A stretch of DNA of 55,580 bases, the filler included, from Platydemus manokwari (taxonomy: Eukaryota): NCBI GenBank assembly GCA_037951405.1. It is 5 parts of 5 records of this genome, joined end to end, with 100 filler letters (N's around TTAATTAATTAA, not from the genome) between each part and the next. Parts side by side here need not be neighbours in the genome. Positions count along the whole stretch, not along the records: positions 33,859 to 43,952 come from JBBMOY011170211.1; positions 44,053 to 55,580 come from JBBMOY010622215.1; 3 more parts are not named here. One strand, given 5' to 3'. The position numbers and the translations under genes are program-made. Shown piece by piece: positions 38,569 through 51,100 of the stretch. Each line of letters starts with the position of its first letter. The stretch's first letter is position 1. The notes under the pieces were generated by a model. The model was not told the DNA's origin and made no database searches. It saw only the letters and a program-made list of their open reading frames with translations.

Positions 38569-39671
38569 ATGTTGAAAAATACTCTTTTCAACTTTAAAAA
38601 ATTAAAAACAGTTTATGGATCGTCTTTTGCATACTCGAATATTGTTGTCAACTACAATAATACAAACAGATTGTCTTGGTGGAATAATTTAAAAATGAAT
38701 CTCGGAATCACGAAGTTAAGATATAAACCAACGCAGATAAATGTTTCAGCTCAAAAACTATATGCAATTGCTTCAGGTGTTAAATAAATTGTTGGATATT
38801 AATCAATTTTGATTTTCATCAGAATATCCAGATTTTAATGAATATATAAATCATTTTAAACTTCCTAATACATACCAAACATGGTTTACGATGATGGGCC
38901 TCCATTCATGGTTGATATTGCTGAGATTAAAAAGCGAAGGAATTGAGGGAGAAGTTGCAAAAATAATGTTTTTTCGAGTAAAGATTTTCTTAAATTTAAA
39001 TTAGTGTAGTTATTTAATCGGTTTGGGGATATGATTTTTAATAATCGATATTTCGTTGTTACTAGTTTGAGGAATGCCTGATGAAAATTTCATTTTGTGT
39101 TGTTTCTTGCATATAACGCCTTGGTTTTTGTGATGAAATGATAAAATAAATTTCTTTACATGCTTTTCAAACTATTAACTGCAAATGATTTGAAATATTT
39201 CTATTAATAAATGTGATTCTTATTGTTGCCATGGCAATCGTTTCTATGGTGAATGATTTACAAATATCTTCAATTCAGACCCTCTACGAAGATATCTCCA
39301 AACGCACTAAGAACTTCCAAGTAGGCAACAAAGCCAAAGTCCAGAAGTATCTCCAATCCCAGCTGGCCGGTTTAATGGTGAGCTTGGATGAGGGTCTGCT
39401 CAGTGATGATTGCGTGTTAGCCAATGCAATCTGGCAAAACGTGCTGTATATGTTCAATGATGAATCCAGTGATGATCTTCATCGATTGGAAACCATGGTG
39501 GCATATGTTTGGAAACAGATTCATCATTTGAAAAGCTTGAATTCAGATGCAATCTTTGTGACGTCCACGGTTTCGTTTCTTCCAATCGAAAGCGATTTGC
39601 TCAATAAGCATTACGCTAAAATGAGAATTGATTATTGTTTGTCGCGATCCGATGATGTGCATTATGTATAA
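38569..39671 (+). CDS. UQCC1: Ubiquinol-cytochrome c reductase assembly factor 1 (Cbp3 family), exons 38569-38776, 38823-38977, 39279-39671; 251 aa
   Basis: Basic presequence-like N-terminus; LPNTYQTWF....LHSWLILLRLKSEG and LDEGLLSDDCVLANAIWQN match Cbp3/UQCC1 motifs; phases are consistent across 46- and 301-nt GT-AG introns. Confidence 0.93.
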
Positions 39672-41009
39672 ATAAGTGATCCTTTGTGTCCCTCCTTTGT
39701 AGAATGGCTTCGATAATTGATTGGCCGCTAAGTGTTTTATTCTCACTAATATCTCATCAACCTGAACGATTGATGAGCAGACCTTTATGTTTCCAACTTG
39801 TTTTTTTTAAAAAATGTAAAAAGGAAGGTTTTGATTGGATAATATTTTTGTAAATATCTGTTAGTGAGGTGGGGTAATCCTTTCAAAAAGTTTAGAATTG
39901 ATAATTAAAGATCCACTTAAAATTGGATTAAAATTTTTGACGTCACAAAAATCTGGCCACAAGTGAACTAATAAGTAGATATTATCATCTATTGGATTAT
40001 TTGGTTTATCTGTCTTGTGTCTCAGAAATAATAAAGGCTGTGAAGATTTATAATGAGTTGAAATTTGAAAATCAAGGTTTTATAAAATACTAATTTGTTT
40101 GAATAATTGTAATTGAAATATAATTTGGTAACTTATAAAATAGTAACGGTTTCCAAAGGCGATGCTACTGACATAATGTATAAATATAATTAAATTAATA
40201 AATGGTGTGGCAAACCTATAATTGAGTAAATAAGGTGAGCATTTTGACAATCAAAAATAAAAATTTAAATAGAATCTTGTAGAGAAATATCGAGTTAATG
40301 TCACGATAACTAGTCAAAGGGGTTCATGGTTTTAGCATTCCTATTTATTCAAAATCGTGTCAAAAGATAGTTTTAATTATCTTGAATCGGTAAAATGTGA
40401 AAGAAATTTATTTGATTGTATGTTTTTAAATTAAATTTTCTGTTATCGGGTGAAATCCCATTATTCTGGTAAATTGAATATACAAATCTTGATGTAATTG
40501 TTGAAGATTTCCATATATTGATGGTAAAAATAATAAGATAACCGATGGAAACCTGTTGGTCCTGGTTCTTTGGTGATAGATCACTAAGAAATCAATGATT
40601 TTTCAATCGATAATTTATTATATTATTCGATGTGAGGCCGTAAGTTAGAGATTGATGTTTCCACCAATATCTGAAACTTCTGGAATGCTCCGATTATGAC
40701 ATTGGAACTCGAATAGCTAATTCCGCTTAGAATTCAGTTTGAGCCGAAAATACTGAATTTTGGTTCAGTATTTATGGTAATTTGGGATGTGGGCAAATGA
40801 CTAATCATATATATTTAATTTTATGATTTCCTTGGGAATATCCATCGTTGTCATGGCAATTTGAATTTATATTTGAATTTCTATTGCTACGCTTATTAAT
40901 ATCATGGTAACGTGGATTAATAATCATTTTTCAAAAATTTTCTGGCTATTATTAATATAATTTCGCCAACACGGTTACATTTTAATTAATGAGGGTTTAT
41001 TTGCGGTTT

Positions 41010-41620
41010 TTATTATTTATTATTATTATGTAATGTAAAGTAGATTATATTATAAGGCTTGCAGCCTGTGTGGGTATATTATCCCTACATAACAATAAAA
41101 AGTTCCACAAACCATTAAGGATTCGTTTTATTTTAAATCCTTAAAAATCCACTCGTATTGTTTTGTATTTGTATTAATCGCCACAAAATAAGTCTGGCAG
41201 GCGATTTGATGCTATGATTATGCTCATAAAAGAGAATCATTAGCTGTGATGATAGAAGAGAAAACCAAAGGCTTGTATTGCTCTGCATATCATGTTCAAT
41301 TTTTTTGCCATCACCTTGTCATTGGTTATTTTACTAGTTGAAGCTGTTTCTGAAAATCGTTTAGATCTGTTGACTTGGATTCAAATTGGTTTTGTAGTGT
41401 TCTTCTCAGGTTGGTAAGTCTGTGGCTGATCAACTGATATATGACCTTCAGAGTTATATAATTTTATAATAATGATTTTATCTCCTCTGTCTTTTTTCTT
41501 CTCCTATGATTCTTTCATGGATTCTTACTATAATTTAATATTGAGATTGGATCGTTACTTCAGTACTGTCAGGTAGTCCTTCTTTTCTATGTATCTTCAA
41601 GGATCTATTATTAAATAGGC
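41010..41620 (-). mobile_element. 3' relic of a CR1/L2-type LINE
   Basis: RGDKIIIIKL (cf. RGDLI..YKI) and SFMSIIIASNRLP (cf. WN.LP), then a hairpin AGGCT-TGC-AGCCT (~41055-41067) and TAA-type repeats. Confidence 0.45.
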
Positions 41621-43073
41621 TGCTATACTTCTATGTAGTTAATACAGAAGGTAAAATTGAGAGAATCTCGTATTGAATTGCGCCACATTGCAGGCGTGAA
41701 ATTCCCGACCTATCCATTCTAAGTAAAAATACAACATATTTATTATAGTTCCATTAAATATCTTAACTACCCAAACTGTTAGGGGGTGATACGTCAACAT
41801 GTATATTTAGTTACGCCAAAAAGTATTATTTACAAATTTCAACATTAAAAATCTCAAAATCAACTAGAACCAAACAATTGCTTCAACGAGAAATTTTATA
41901 TGATTTTAAAAATAGAACACTGTAATGAAGTTTAGAAAATAAGTCATCTGGTCTAATTTCATTATGATGAATTTTCGTGTATGATTTTATTTTATAATTT
42001 TTGTAAAATTTTGTGTTAAAATCTATTTTTATAAAAATATTTAATTTAATAGGAAAATCGTGTTGTTATTTCAACCTATCGATTTTACTAATTGTCAATT
42101 ATCGACTAGTTAATAATTAACAAAACAACAAATATTTTTCTGTGCATTTTTATTTTTCTAATGTTGCTGTGGTTCAAAGATTTCTTTTAAAAATCTTATG
42201 TATAAGCATATATTTTTTGTCACAGCTAGTAAAATTGTCATTTTTTATCACCTTTTATTTGAAAGCAAAAGCTGGTAATATTAAATATAGTAGATCAGCA
42301 GTCAGTTGTTCACAATATCAAATCTAACCCGTAAAAGTATTCAATTGAGCAATAACGTCGCTGACAAGAGTTCTTTGAAATTTACAAGTTTTTAATATTT
42401 ATTAATGTTGATAATGTAGTCTTCAGACTATCACGAATAGCAGAGTGAAAAGATTTCGAAACAACAGGTACAACGTATATATAATTGATCCAACCTCAAC
42501 CATATTCAACTATATTTAAAAAATTCATTAAAAGTAAATATTATCTTTATCTAGTAATTATAGCCTCTGAGTTTGTCAGACTTTGGTCCTGGACTGGATA
42601 CATGGAAAATTTTGTGTCTTATTAAATTATATTTTTTAGTTTTATTTCTATAAAAAATGTGTACCTTTTCAGAAGAATTTATTCACTAATGAAATTTATT
42701 TGATGGTAAACTTTTTAAATTATAAACCCGAACTCATACCATATATAATTATAAAACATTTTGTATTGCGTAATTGAAAGAAATAAATTTTTATCACATT
42801 GTTTAAATGGTTCAAATACTAATAGCAATAGAGAAGATATTGATTTTGTGTTTATTTAAATCTCTCAGAATCTCATATAGAATATAAATGTAATTTTATT
42901 TGTATACTTTCTTGATTTTAAATTTATTGTCTTTTTTAATCATACACAAATTTATCATTATTTTTCATGTATTTATCCAGAAATTTTTATTATTGAATAT
43001 AAAATTCAATGCCATTCCTTCCAAGCTTAAATCTTATAGAAAAATTAAGAATAATTATCTTTTCAGTTTTTGC

Positions 43074-43618
43074 ATGGCACTTAAACAAGATATTGGGACT
43101 CCATGCTTGGACTGTGTTGATAAATGCCGAGGCTTTAAAATCCACGGATGGAGGTTTGTCATGATTTGCTCATTGTATGGATTGAAAACAATCCGATAAT
43201 TGATAGGAAAACTTGCCTAGGATGTGATTGCAGTGTTGATAGGCATGATATAACTGACGAATCTCCACTTCCAATCCTGGAAGAAATGAAGCTTATCGAT
43301 AAACCTTATTACGGTTTATTTATGGAATCATTGAAAATGGCTCGAAAATACGGATTAAGTTGGTTACCAATAGGTTTGCAACCATCGGAAGTCGAACAGT
43401 TCACATCAATAATACCGGGCAATATTGCATCAAGAGCAGGTGAGAAGCTGAGAAAACAGAAACTCAGACGCCAAATTCCAGTCCATGACAGATGTGTGGA
43501 AAAGTTTTCTCATTTGGAAACGCCTACAGAGCGACAAGAAGCTGAAAAGTTTTTGCAATTTCGAAACAATCAAGATCTTGGTGTTGGACATGTCTATCGA
43601 TTAGATATGGCTGCTTTG
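43074..43618 (+). CDS. TES: Testin/LMCD1-like protein, Cys-rich + PET domain (exons 43074-43153, 43207-43618); LIM exons missing before gap 4
   Basis: GTPCLDCVDKCRGFKIHGWR|KTCLGCDC...H matches testin GAPCLKC..KC.GF.LH.WRK.C..C.C; PET motifs W.P.GL, GEKLR..KL..QIPVHD, DLGVGHV; 53-nt intron. Confidence 0.85.
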
Positions 43619-43952
43619 GTAAATTTAATTGATTTCATAATTGCGAGATGTGGAAATATTATTAATAATTATTAATTTAATGATTTAATATAGCCAGAGA
43701 CTCAGTTTGGCCTTTTGAGCCAAATGATAATTTCACAATTGATCAACTGAGAGACCAGTTTCTTAATTCATTCTACTCATTAACATCAGGCAATATCTCG
43801 GATTTACCATTTAATAATTTCATTATTATTATTATTCCGACACGCAACCATTTCATTCATACACATTATTATTTGCTATTAGGTGTATAACCTTAAAATT
43901 TCGGTTTTTTTTGAAAAATATTTATTTATTTAAAGTACATTTTGCATAGTAA

Positions 43953-44052
43953 NNNNNNNNNNNNNNNNNNNNNNNNNNNNNNNNNNNNNNNNNNNNTTAA
44001 TTAATTAANNNNNNNNNNNNNNNNNNNNNNNNNNNNNNNNNNNNNNNNNNNN
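43953..44052. other. Artificial contig spacer
   Basis: N44-TTAATTAATTAA-N44. Confidence 0.98.
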
Positions 44053-44848
44053 TATAAGTGAAATTATTACAATGATAATTGTTGGTAGCAGCTACTTCGG
44101 TTGTAATTGATGTTTCAAGAAAAAAACTCATTATAACGACTTTCTTAAAATTTATTTTATTACAACACTTAATACAATTTTTTAAACAAATTATAATTCC
44201 GGAAAGTTTCAATATCAATCTTAATTAGGTCTATATATAACATTATTAAAATAATTTTAAATTTTTTTATTTTATATAATAAATTTTAAAACACTATTTT
44301 TAAAATTTATTATATTATTTATTATTTAAAATAATTTTCTTCAAAATCATTATTTAAAATAATGATTTTAAAATTACTTAAAATTTATTTTAAATTATTT
44401 TGAATTTTTAAAATTATTATCATTTAATTAAAACTAATGCTCACAATAATTATTGGTTGTTAGATTGATAACAAATTATTGATAAAAATCACTAAATAAA
44501 ATTGAATGATTTTTGTATTAATTTGTTTTATTCGATTGGTTATTTTGTGCATTCAATTTACATCGATTGTTGAAAGAATTCTGACCATAGACATATGTTT
44601 CATTTAAATCTGTTTTGAAATCCATGAATTGGGAGTACATTTGAAATGTTAATATTTATCAAAGTTGGAATCAGTAGTGTTTTGAATCAGTTTTATTGAT
44701 GGATTATTTGAATTGTTTTAGCAAATTATTCTAACCAATGAAATTTTAAATCAATTGCAGAAAGTCAAATGAATTTCATTATGGATTTCATAAGAACCAA
44801 ATCCAACACAAAAATACTTGTCGATATATTGATTAAAAATAAAACATG

Positions 44849-45738
44849 CCGCACGATTCATAAGACTCCATCTCTAAAACTAAAATAAAACAACAGAAAG
44901 AACAAACTAAATGTAATGAGTTACTTCAATGCACAACAAAACACAATAACAGTAAGAACAAATAACGGTAAATATTAAGCAATTTCATGGCAATTGTTTA
45001 AAATGTTCACCATCTTGCTCCAAACAGAGATTGCATCATTTCCTGAAGCTTGAATATCATTTACGGGCGAATTATTGATTGATGTTTATTAATTCATGTG
45101 AATTTGCTTCTTCAAGTTCATTGAGCGTTGTAAAATTGTTATGGATTGCATAAACTCAATCTTTGATAAAGCTTCATAGCTAAAATTCAAAAATCGTAGG
45201 GTCTATAGATCTTGGTAGCCATTCCTTTGGTCCTCTACAACCAATTTACCGCCTTGAAAAATATTGATCAAGCCATTGTCGTTCTGGACTACTGAAATGA
45301 CCCGCGCACCATCGTGTTGATATCAATGTCGATATTTTTGGCATCATTCACTTTTACAAAATTTACCACTTTTCTATTCATAATTTCATCATCTGTTCTT
45401 CTTGATTGCAAAATAGTGGATAAATTTCCACTTTCTTCAAACTTCTCTTTCCAGTATTGAACTGTTGTCCTAGCTAGTGGTGAAATGTTGTTAAAATTCT
45501 TGGCAATCTTTGGCATTGCTCTGCTACACGATTGCATGACTAACTATAAACACTCAATCCGCAAGTGAAAATTAAATATCACCAGCTGCTTCCGCCATAT
45601 TGTATTAATGCAACTGATTAATAAGAAATTTAAAAAAGTACAGTAATCGGTGTATAACAATTAATATCAATGAGTATAAATATGTGAGTATAAATTATAT
45701 TGTGTTTTGTTGTTTTATTTTAGTTACGAATCACACGG
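44849..45738 (-). mobile_element. Internally deleted Tc1/mariner-superfamily element (rosa/maT-like) with degenerate TIRs
   Basis: HTH RTTVQYWKEKFEESGNL; RGPKEWLPRSIDPTIFEF*L*SFIKD*VY (cf. WPPRSPDLTPLDFFLWG..K..VY); CLEQDGEHFKQL*; inverted ends share CCG...GATTC.TA and ACTAAAATAAAACAACA. Confidence 0.85.
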
Positions 45739-45740
45739 TA

Positions 45741-46105
45741 TAATTTGTTGTCTTGACTTTTCAATTCGTTTTCAATGTGTGCTTGATAAAGTAGCAGCGG
45801 ATTCGATTCTTAATAGACGTTTTTAAGAAAGGGAGGAATATATTGAAATATGTACAGGAAAAAGAGATATGAAAATGTAAAGAAATAAAGATATAGAGAA
45901 CATAATGAAGAATTCTCAGATAATCAAATATTTTAAAGAAAGTGGGATGTGAAGGTTTATAATATATTGAAATCTGGAAAAAATTTAAATTGAATTTTTA
46001 TAAAATATTAAATTGTGAGAATAATCGTGATAAAAATATAATTTGATGTCTTGACTTTTCAATTCATTCTTAATCCGTGCTTGATAAAGTAATAGTGGCT
46101 TACAA
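45741..46105. repeat. ~300-bp unit with direct terminal repeats (copy 1)
   Basis: TAATTTG.TGTCTTGACTTTTCAATTC.TT...GTGCTTGATAAAGTA at ~45741 and ~46039; homologous to 48395-48830. Confidence 0.75.
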
Positions 46106-46439
46106 GATGTATGTTCGGAAGAATCCTTTTCAATGATTAGTAGAACATAGTGATCATAAAGACATACGACTAACTGTTTTTGTGTGCCTGTTAAAATCGA
46201 ATTTGTCGATAATAGGTCAATATAAAATGAATCAATCATAGAATTACAGCATTGTGAAGTAAATTATGACCAGAATTTAAATAGTTGATATTTGTTGAAT
46301 TATCTTCTTTAAAAAAATTAATAAATTTTCGATTATTATTTTATAATAAATAAAAATGGAAATATTACGTCACTTATGATTACATTTCATATTAATTATA
46401 AAAAGATTTTTATCGCTACAAGTTGTCGATGGTTCAAAT

Positions 46440-46990
46440 ACTTCAACTATGACAATATGTCCGTTCGACTAACCAATCAGGTCCGCTAGGTTTGGCTCTT
46501 GACCTCCAAGATTCCATCTCGTATCATTTTTGTAAATGTTCCTCTTACTCATCTATTGGGCAGTTTATCTCTACTGGTTTTGTACTTTAGTACTACTAAC
46601 GTTGTACATGTCCGCTCCTTTCCAATTCAGCTTTTAAATTTCAATCTGTGATTTGACACTCTTTATTTGTATTCTCTTTCATTTTGGTTTCAATATTAGC
46701 TCTTTGATTACAAAATCCATGATTTTGTTTTGTAGATTGAAAATAAAGACTTGCGATTGTTAATGGTTTTGATTTTATCTCTAATGATTCTAATTTCTAC
46801 ATAGATCGTATAATCATATATCGTTTATTAAATGTGATAAGTGTGTCTAACTTTGAGAAGAAAGACCATTTCTCCTTGAAATACTATTTTATCCTACATA
46901 GTACTAAAGGCTGGTGTACAATCAGATTAACATCCAGCCCGAATATGATTTCTTCAAATTATTTTAATTAATATATTAAATGATTCAGGA
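46440..46990 (-). mobile_element. Deleted APE-type LINE relic
   Basis: KPLTIASLY, KLNWKGAD and KPSGPDWL (cf. KAPGPDG) in the expected endonuclease-to-RT order. Confidence 0.4.
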
Positions 46991-47872
46991 ATGCATTTAT
47001 TTCTCTGTCTTGTCCAAATTCATATCGGAAATTATTTTATTTATCGATGTCGCAGGTATATTTTTGAAAAACGTAGCAAAAAATAAGCCTGTTTCCTGTT
47101 GACCGGCGTTTACGTTTTGCATATCCAGACAATGATTCGGTAGGTAAGTTCCCTACTCCTACTCGTTGAAGGACTCTTTCTCGTGACATCCACAATAATC
47201 ATATTGATTTAACTGCGGATGTTTTTGGCCAGTTGTAAATCAGTGTATACTCAATCTTTTTTTTAATGTTTTCCTTCTTTCGAATTTTTTGATTTTCATT
47301 CGCCGCATTTCATATCGTTTATTGATTGATTGTGTAATTGAGATTGAAAATATATTTTAATGTATAATTAATCGATATGATTTAATAATTAATTGTCATA
47401 GCAATGGTTGTGATTTATCTTGAATTTCGTAATAGGTTTATTCACAATCTATTATTATAAATTTTGAAGTAGTATCCGAGCATTTATTGAATATTTCGTT
47501 GAGAACAATTGTATAGTTATCTGTTACTGGATTTTCAAAGAGACAGTCGATATCTCTAATGTCTCATTGTTTATCCTTCTTTCGTTGAAATAGCTTCCAA
47601 CAATGTTTACGCATGTTTTTATCGTGATTTCAAGTTATCTTTTATATTGACCAATGTGATGGCACTGTTTATCGGGTTTGTAAATCAGGAGACATTTTTT
47701 GATACGATTTCCTATTATTTTTTAAACCATTTTTTCTGTCTACATCAATAAATATGTTGTCTTTATGTATTTATTTGTCATTTTCTTTCTTTTGTTGAGA
47801 TTTCTTTTGTCTCAATGTAATATCATCAATTTTTGTAACAAATCTATTCGTTAATTGTTTTCCTTTGTGCAG

Positions 47873-48121
47873 GATTGTGAATTCAATGAACACTCGTTAC
47901 AAATAATGGAACGATGTGGTCTTAATCGGGCAGAAATATGTGAGGTGAGATTTTTTTTAAAGTTTTTTAAACCTTAGTTGTAAAATTATTGAAGCATAAA
48001 ATTTTAATTTTTGAATTGTTATTCTAAATTGTTGTCGGTATTACTCAATAATTTATAACTTTATAACCAATGCTGGTTTCAGATTGTTCGATTTTTCAAA
48101 ATGAAAATGACAATATAATCG

Positions 48122-48158
<37 letters not shown>

Positions 48159-51100
48159 ACGGGTGTCATGGATATTTCCTTTGACGGAACGATTTTTTCG
48201 ACTCAATCTTCGACTACACAGACTTGGTTCTCTAGAATTTGCTTGTGAAACATTTATTAAATTGATTTGCAGTAACAAAATAAATTATATATTCGTCGCA
48301 ATAAACAATTCTTTAGCTCCAGTTACTTAAATGACATCTATATTCACTGTTAGAATTTTCACTTGAATTCAATTTTTAAGGATTTAATATTATATAAAAT
48401 TATATTAAATTGTTTATATAATTATATTTAAGTATATGATTTGGTGTCGTGTCTTTTCGGTTCGTTTTCGATGCGTGTTTTATGAAATAGTCGGGGCTTA
48501 AATGGCGACCATGCATCTGGATTCGATTCTGAGAAGATCAGTGGCTGAAAATAATGGAAAAGAAAGAGGAAGATGTTTAGAATATATAAAGAAGATGTAA
48601 AGAAGATATAAAAAAGGTAGAAGAATTAGAGATTTTTGTATGTAGAGTATTCGATATAATTTGAATTAAGAATACAAAGAATATTGAAGATTTTAAAGAA
48701 AGGGAGATGTGAGAAATTTAAATTGAAGTAAAATTATATTAATTTGTTTATATAATTGTGTTTAAGTAGATAATTTGATGTCATGATTTTTCAGTTCGTT
48801 TTCAATGCGTGCTTAGTAGAGGCTTACGTGTATTTTATGTCTCCATTAACTTCCTCATCAAACCAAAATATTATCACAACTTTATGAGTTAAATAATTCA
48901 ATTTTCGATTATCTTTGCTTTTTCCGATGAAACAAATCTTAAGCATAGCATTGTAAATATATTAGTGGTTTTGGCAGAATATATTACCAAGAAATGGGAA
49001 GTCAACTCTTAAAGACGTCAATCGTTTCAATGAATAGTAAAATTTGAGGTGTTATTAAAAGTGAAAAAAATTCAATTTGGTAATAATATAAAATAATTAT
49101 TGATTTATAGATGACAATAGATCATACATTTTAATGTGAATCCGTGTAGTTTGCGATCGATTAAAACAAATAATCAACTCTATGGCATTTAAATTTCTTT
49201 CTAACATAGTGATAAAATATGAGATATATTAGTTTCTCTCATCCGAATAATTAGATATCTTCATCATTTTTTTTATTAATTAATATCGAAACCCAATGAT
49301 TCCGCATTATAAGCAGTGTAAATCGTTACATTTTGTTTTTTTCATTTGATACTTATTAATAGATCTTCAATTCGTCACGATAAGCATTTAGAAAGCTGGA
49401 TTTTTTGTTTACATTTTTTTTTCGTTTGGGAAATTAAATTTCTCACCAAATGATATCGTGCTAAAGTCACAAGAGTATGATGGATTATTTTCCATTGGAA
49501 ATATTAGCTTCTATCATCGACAATTGTGTCAATAATCATTAACAGTATTGTTGAACTATCAGTGAATCAATTGATTACATCAAGTTATCAGGAAGGAAAC
49601 AATATAATGTCTAAAATCAATGTGTAATGGTATTGATATATTGATTAGTTCTCCGTGATAATTGTATCGCCATGCGATTCAGTATTTGTAAGAATCAAGG
49701 AAAACGATTTATTTGAATTACAGAAATAAACCATGCGATGGCTAACGTTTTCCAGGGTTTTTTTATAATTCAAGATTGTTGAGCATGAGTTCTGTCGATA
49801 TTCATTCATAAAACTGTGATGAATCAGGTGAATTTATCTTTTCTCATTCCACATTTGATTTTGCCTCAATTATATTTGTGAAGAAATTTTAAAAGAACAA
49901 ATTTTATAATAATTTAATTAAAAAAATTTAAATAAAAATTTTAATGATTTAATAATGAATTCAAAAATTTTTAAAAATTTGAGATTTTATTAAATTATTA
50001 AAAAAATTAATATAATAATATCTATAAATATATGCCTGATTAAGATTAGCAAAAACTCTCTGGAAATTCGTTTAAAATCCGTTTGATCTGTGTGTGAATA
50101 AATAAGTTAAGAAAATCGATGAAGAAATTCGTCCGTTGAATCTACAATTTTAAGCGAAATAGCTATTAGTAACAACATTGGATGCAAATGTGTGTTCGTT
50201 TTTAAACATAAAATATTGGAATCAATTCATTTGGTTGTCAATAAATAATCGATAATAGGGTTAGTTAAAAAATAGGATTTAAATTGAAATTTTAAATTTG
50301 TTGAGTGTATTGCAAAATTTTATATAGTTTATTTTGAACTTTTTTTAGCCACTTAAGAAGAATTTTAGTGGTTTGAAATCAAATATTAAATACACTAGAG
50401 CTTAAAAATCTTCTAAAATTTGATTATCTGAAAAATAGAAAAAAAAAAGTTCGAATTGCAATTTATTGAAAATTAGCGAAGACCTCTTTTTTAACATTAG
50501 AAGCAAATTGATAAATATTCAGATATTTAGAATTATTTTATAAAAATAGCCAATGATATTATTAAACATGTTCGTAGTTAACTAACTCGATTTATAATTA
50601 TTATTATTACGTGTATTAAGGCCTACCTTTTTGCAAAAAATTCAGTCCAAAATCAAGGGGCTCTTAATAGGTGTAGTCAGCAACTTGGCTTGCTGGATCA
50701 AACATTAATGCATGTGATTAGCTAGTTTTCTGCCGTTATTCAGCTGTTTTATGATGCTACACAACAAATTGACATTTCAGCTAACAAATTTTGTGTGCAT
50801 TTCTATGATTCCCGTAAAATGTCTGCAAGATACAAGCTAAAAGTGATTGAATTTGCCAAAATTGGCTCTGAGGATGATGCTATTTTGCCCAAAGTGATTC
50901 CTCAGACACAGTTTATGAGGAAATTGAAGAATTAGCTACAAAACTGGTTAATAAAGAATTTCATAGTTTCTATGAAGAATAAAGTAATTTAGGGTTTTCT
51001 AAAAATTTTTATCTAAAAATGATGGTGGTCTTAATACATGTAGGGTCTTAATATATCTAATTTACTGTATATATATATATATATTGGATTCGGCTTGCCA

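Noticed and set aside
44220-44440. AT-only palindromes (e.g. AAAATCATTATTT-A-AAATAATGATTTT)
   Set aside because: Expected in near-pure AT low-complexity DNA.
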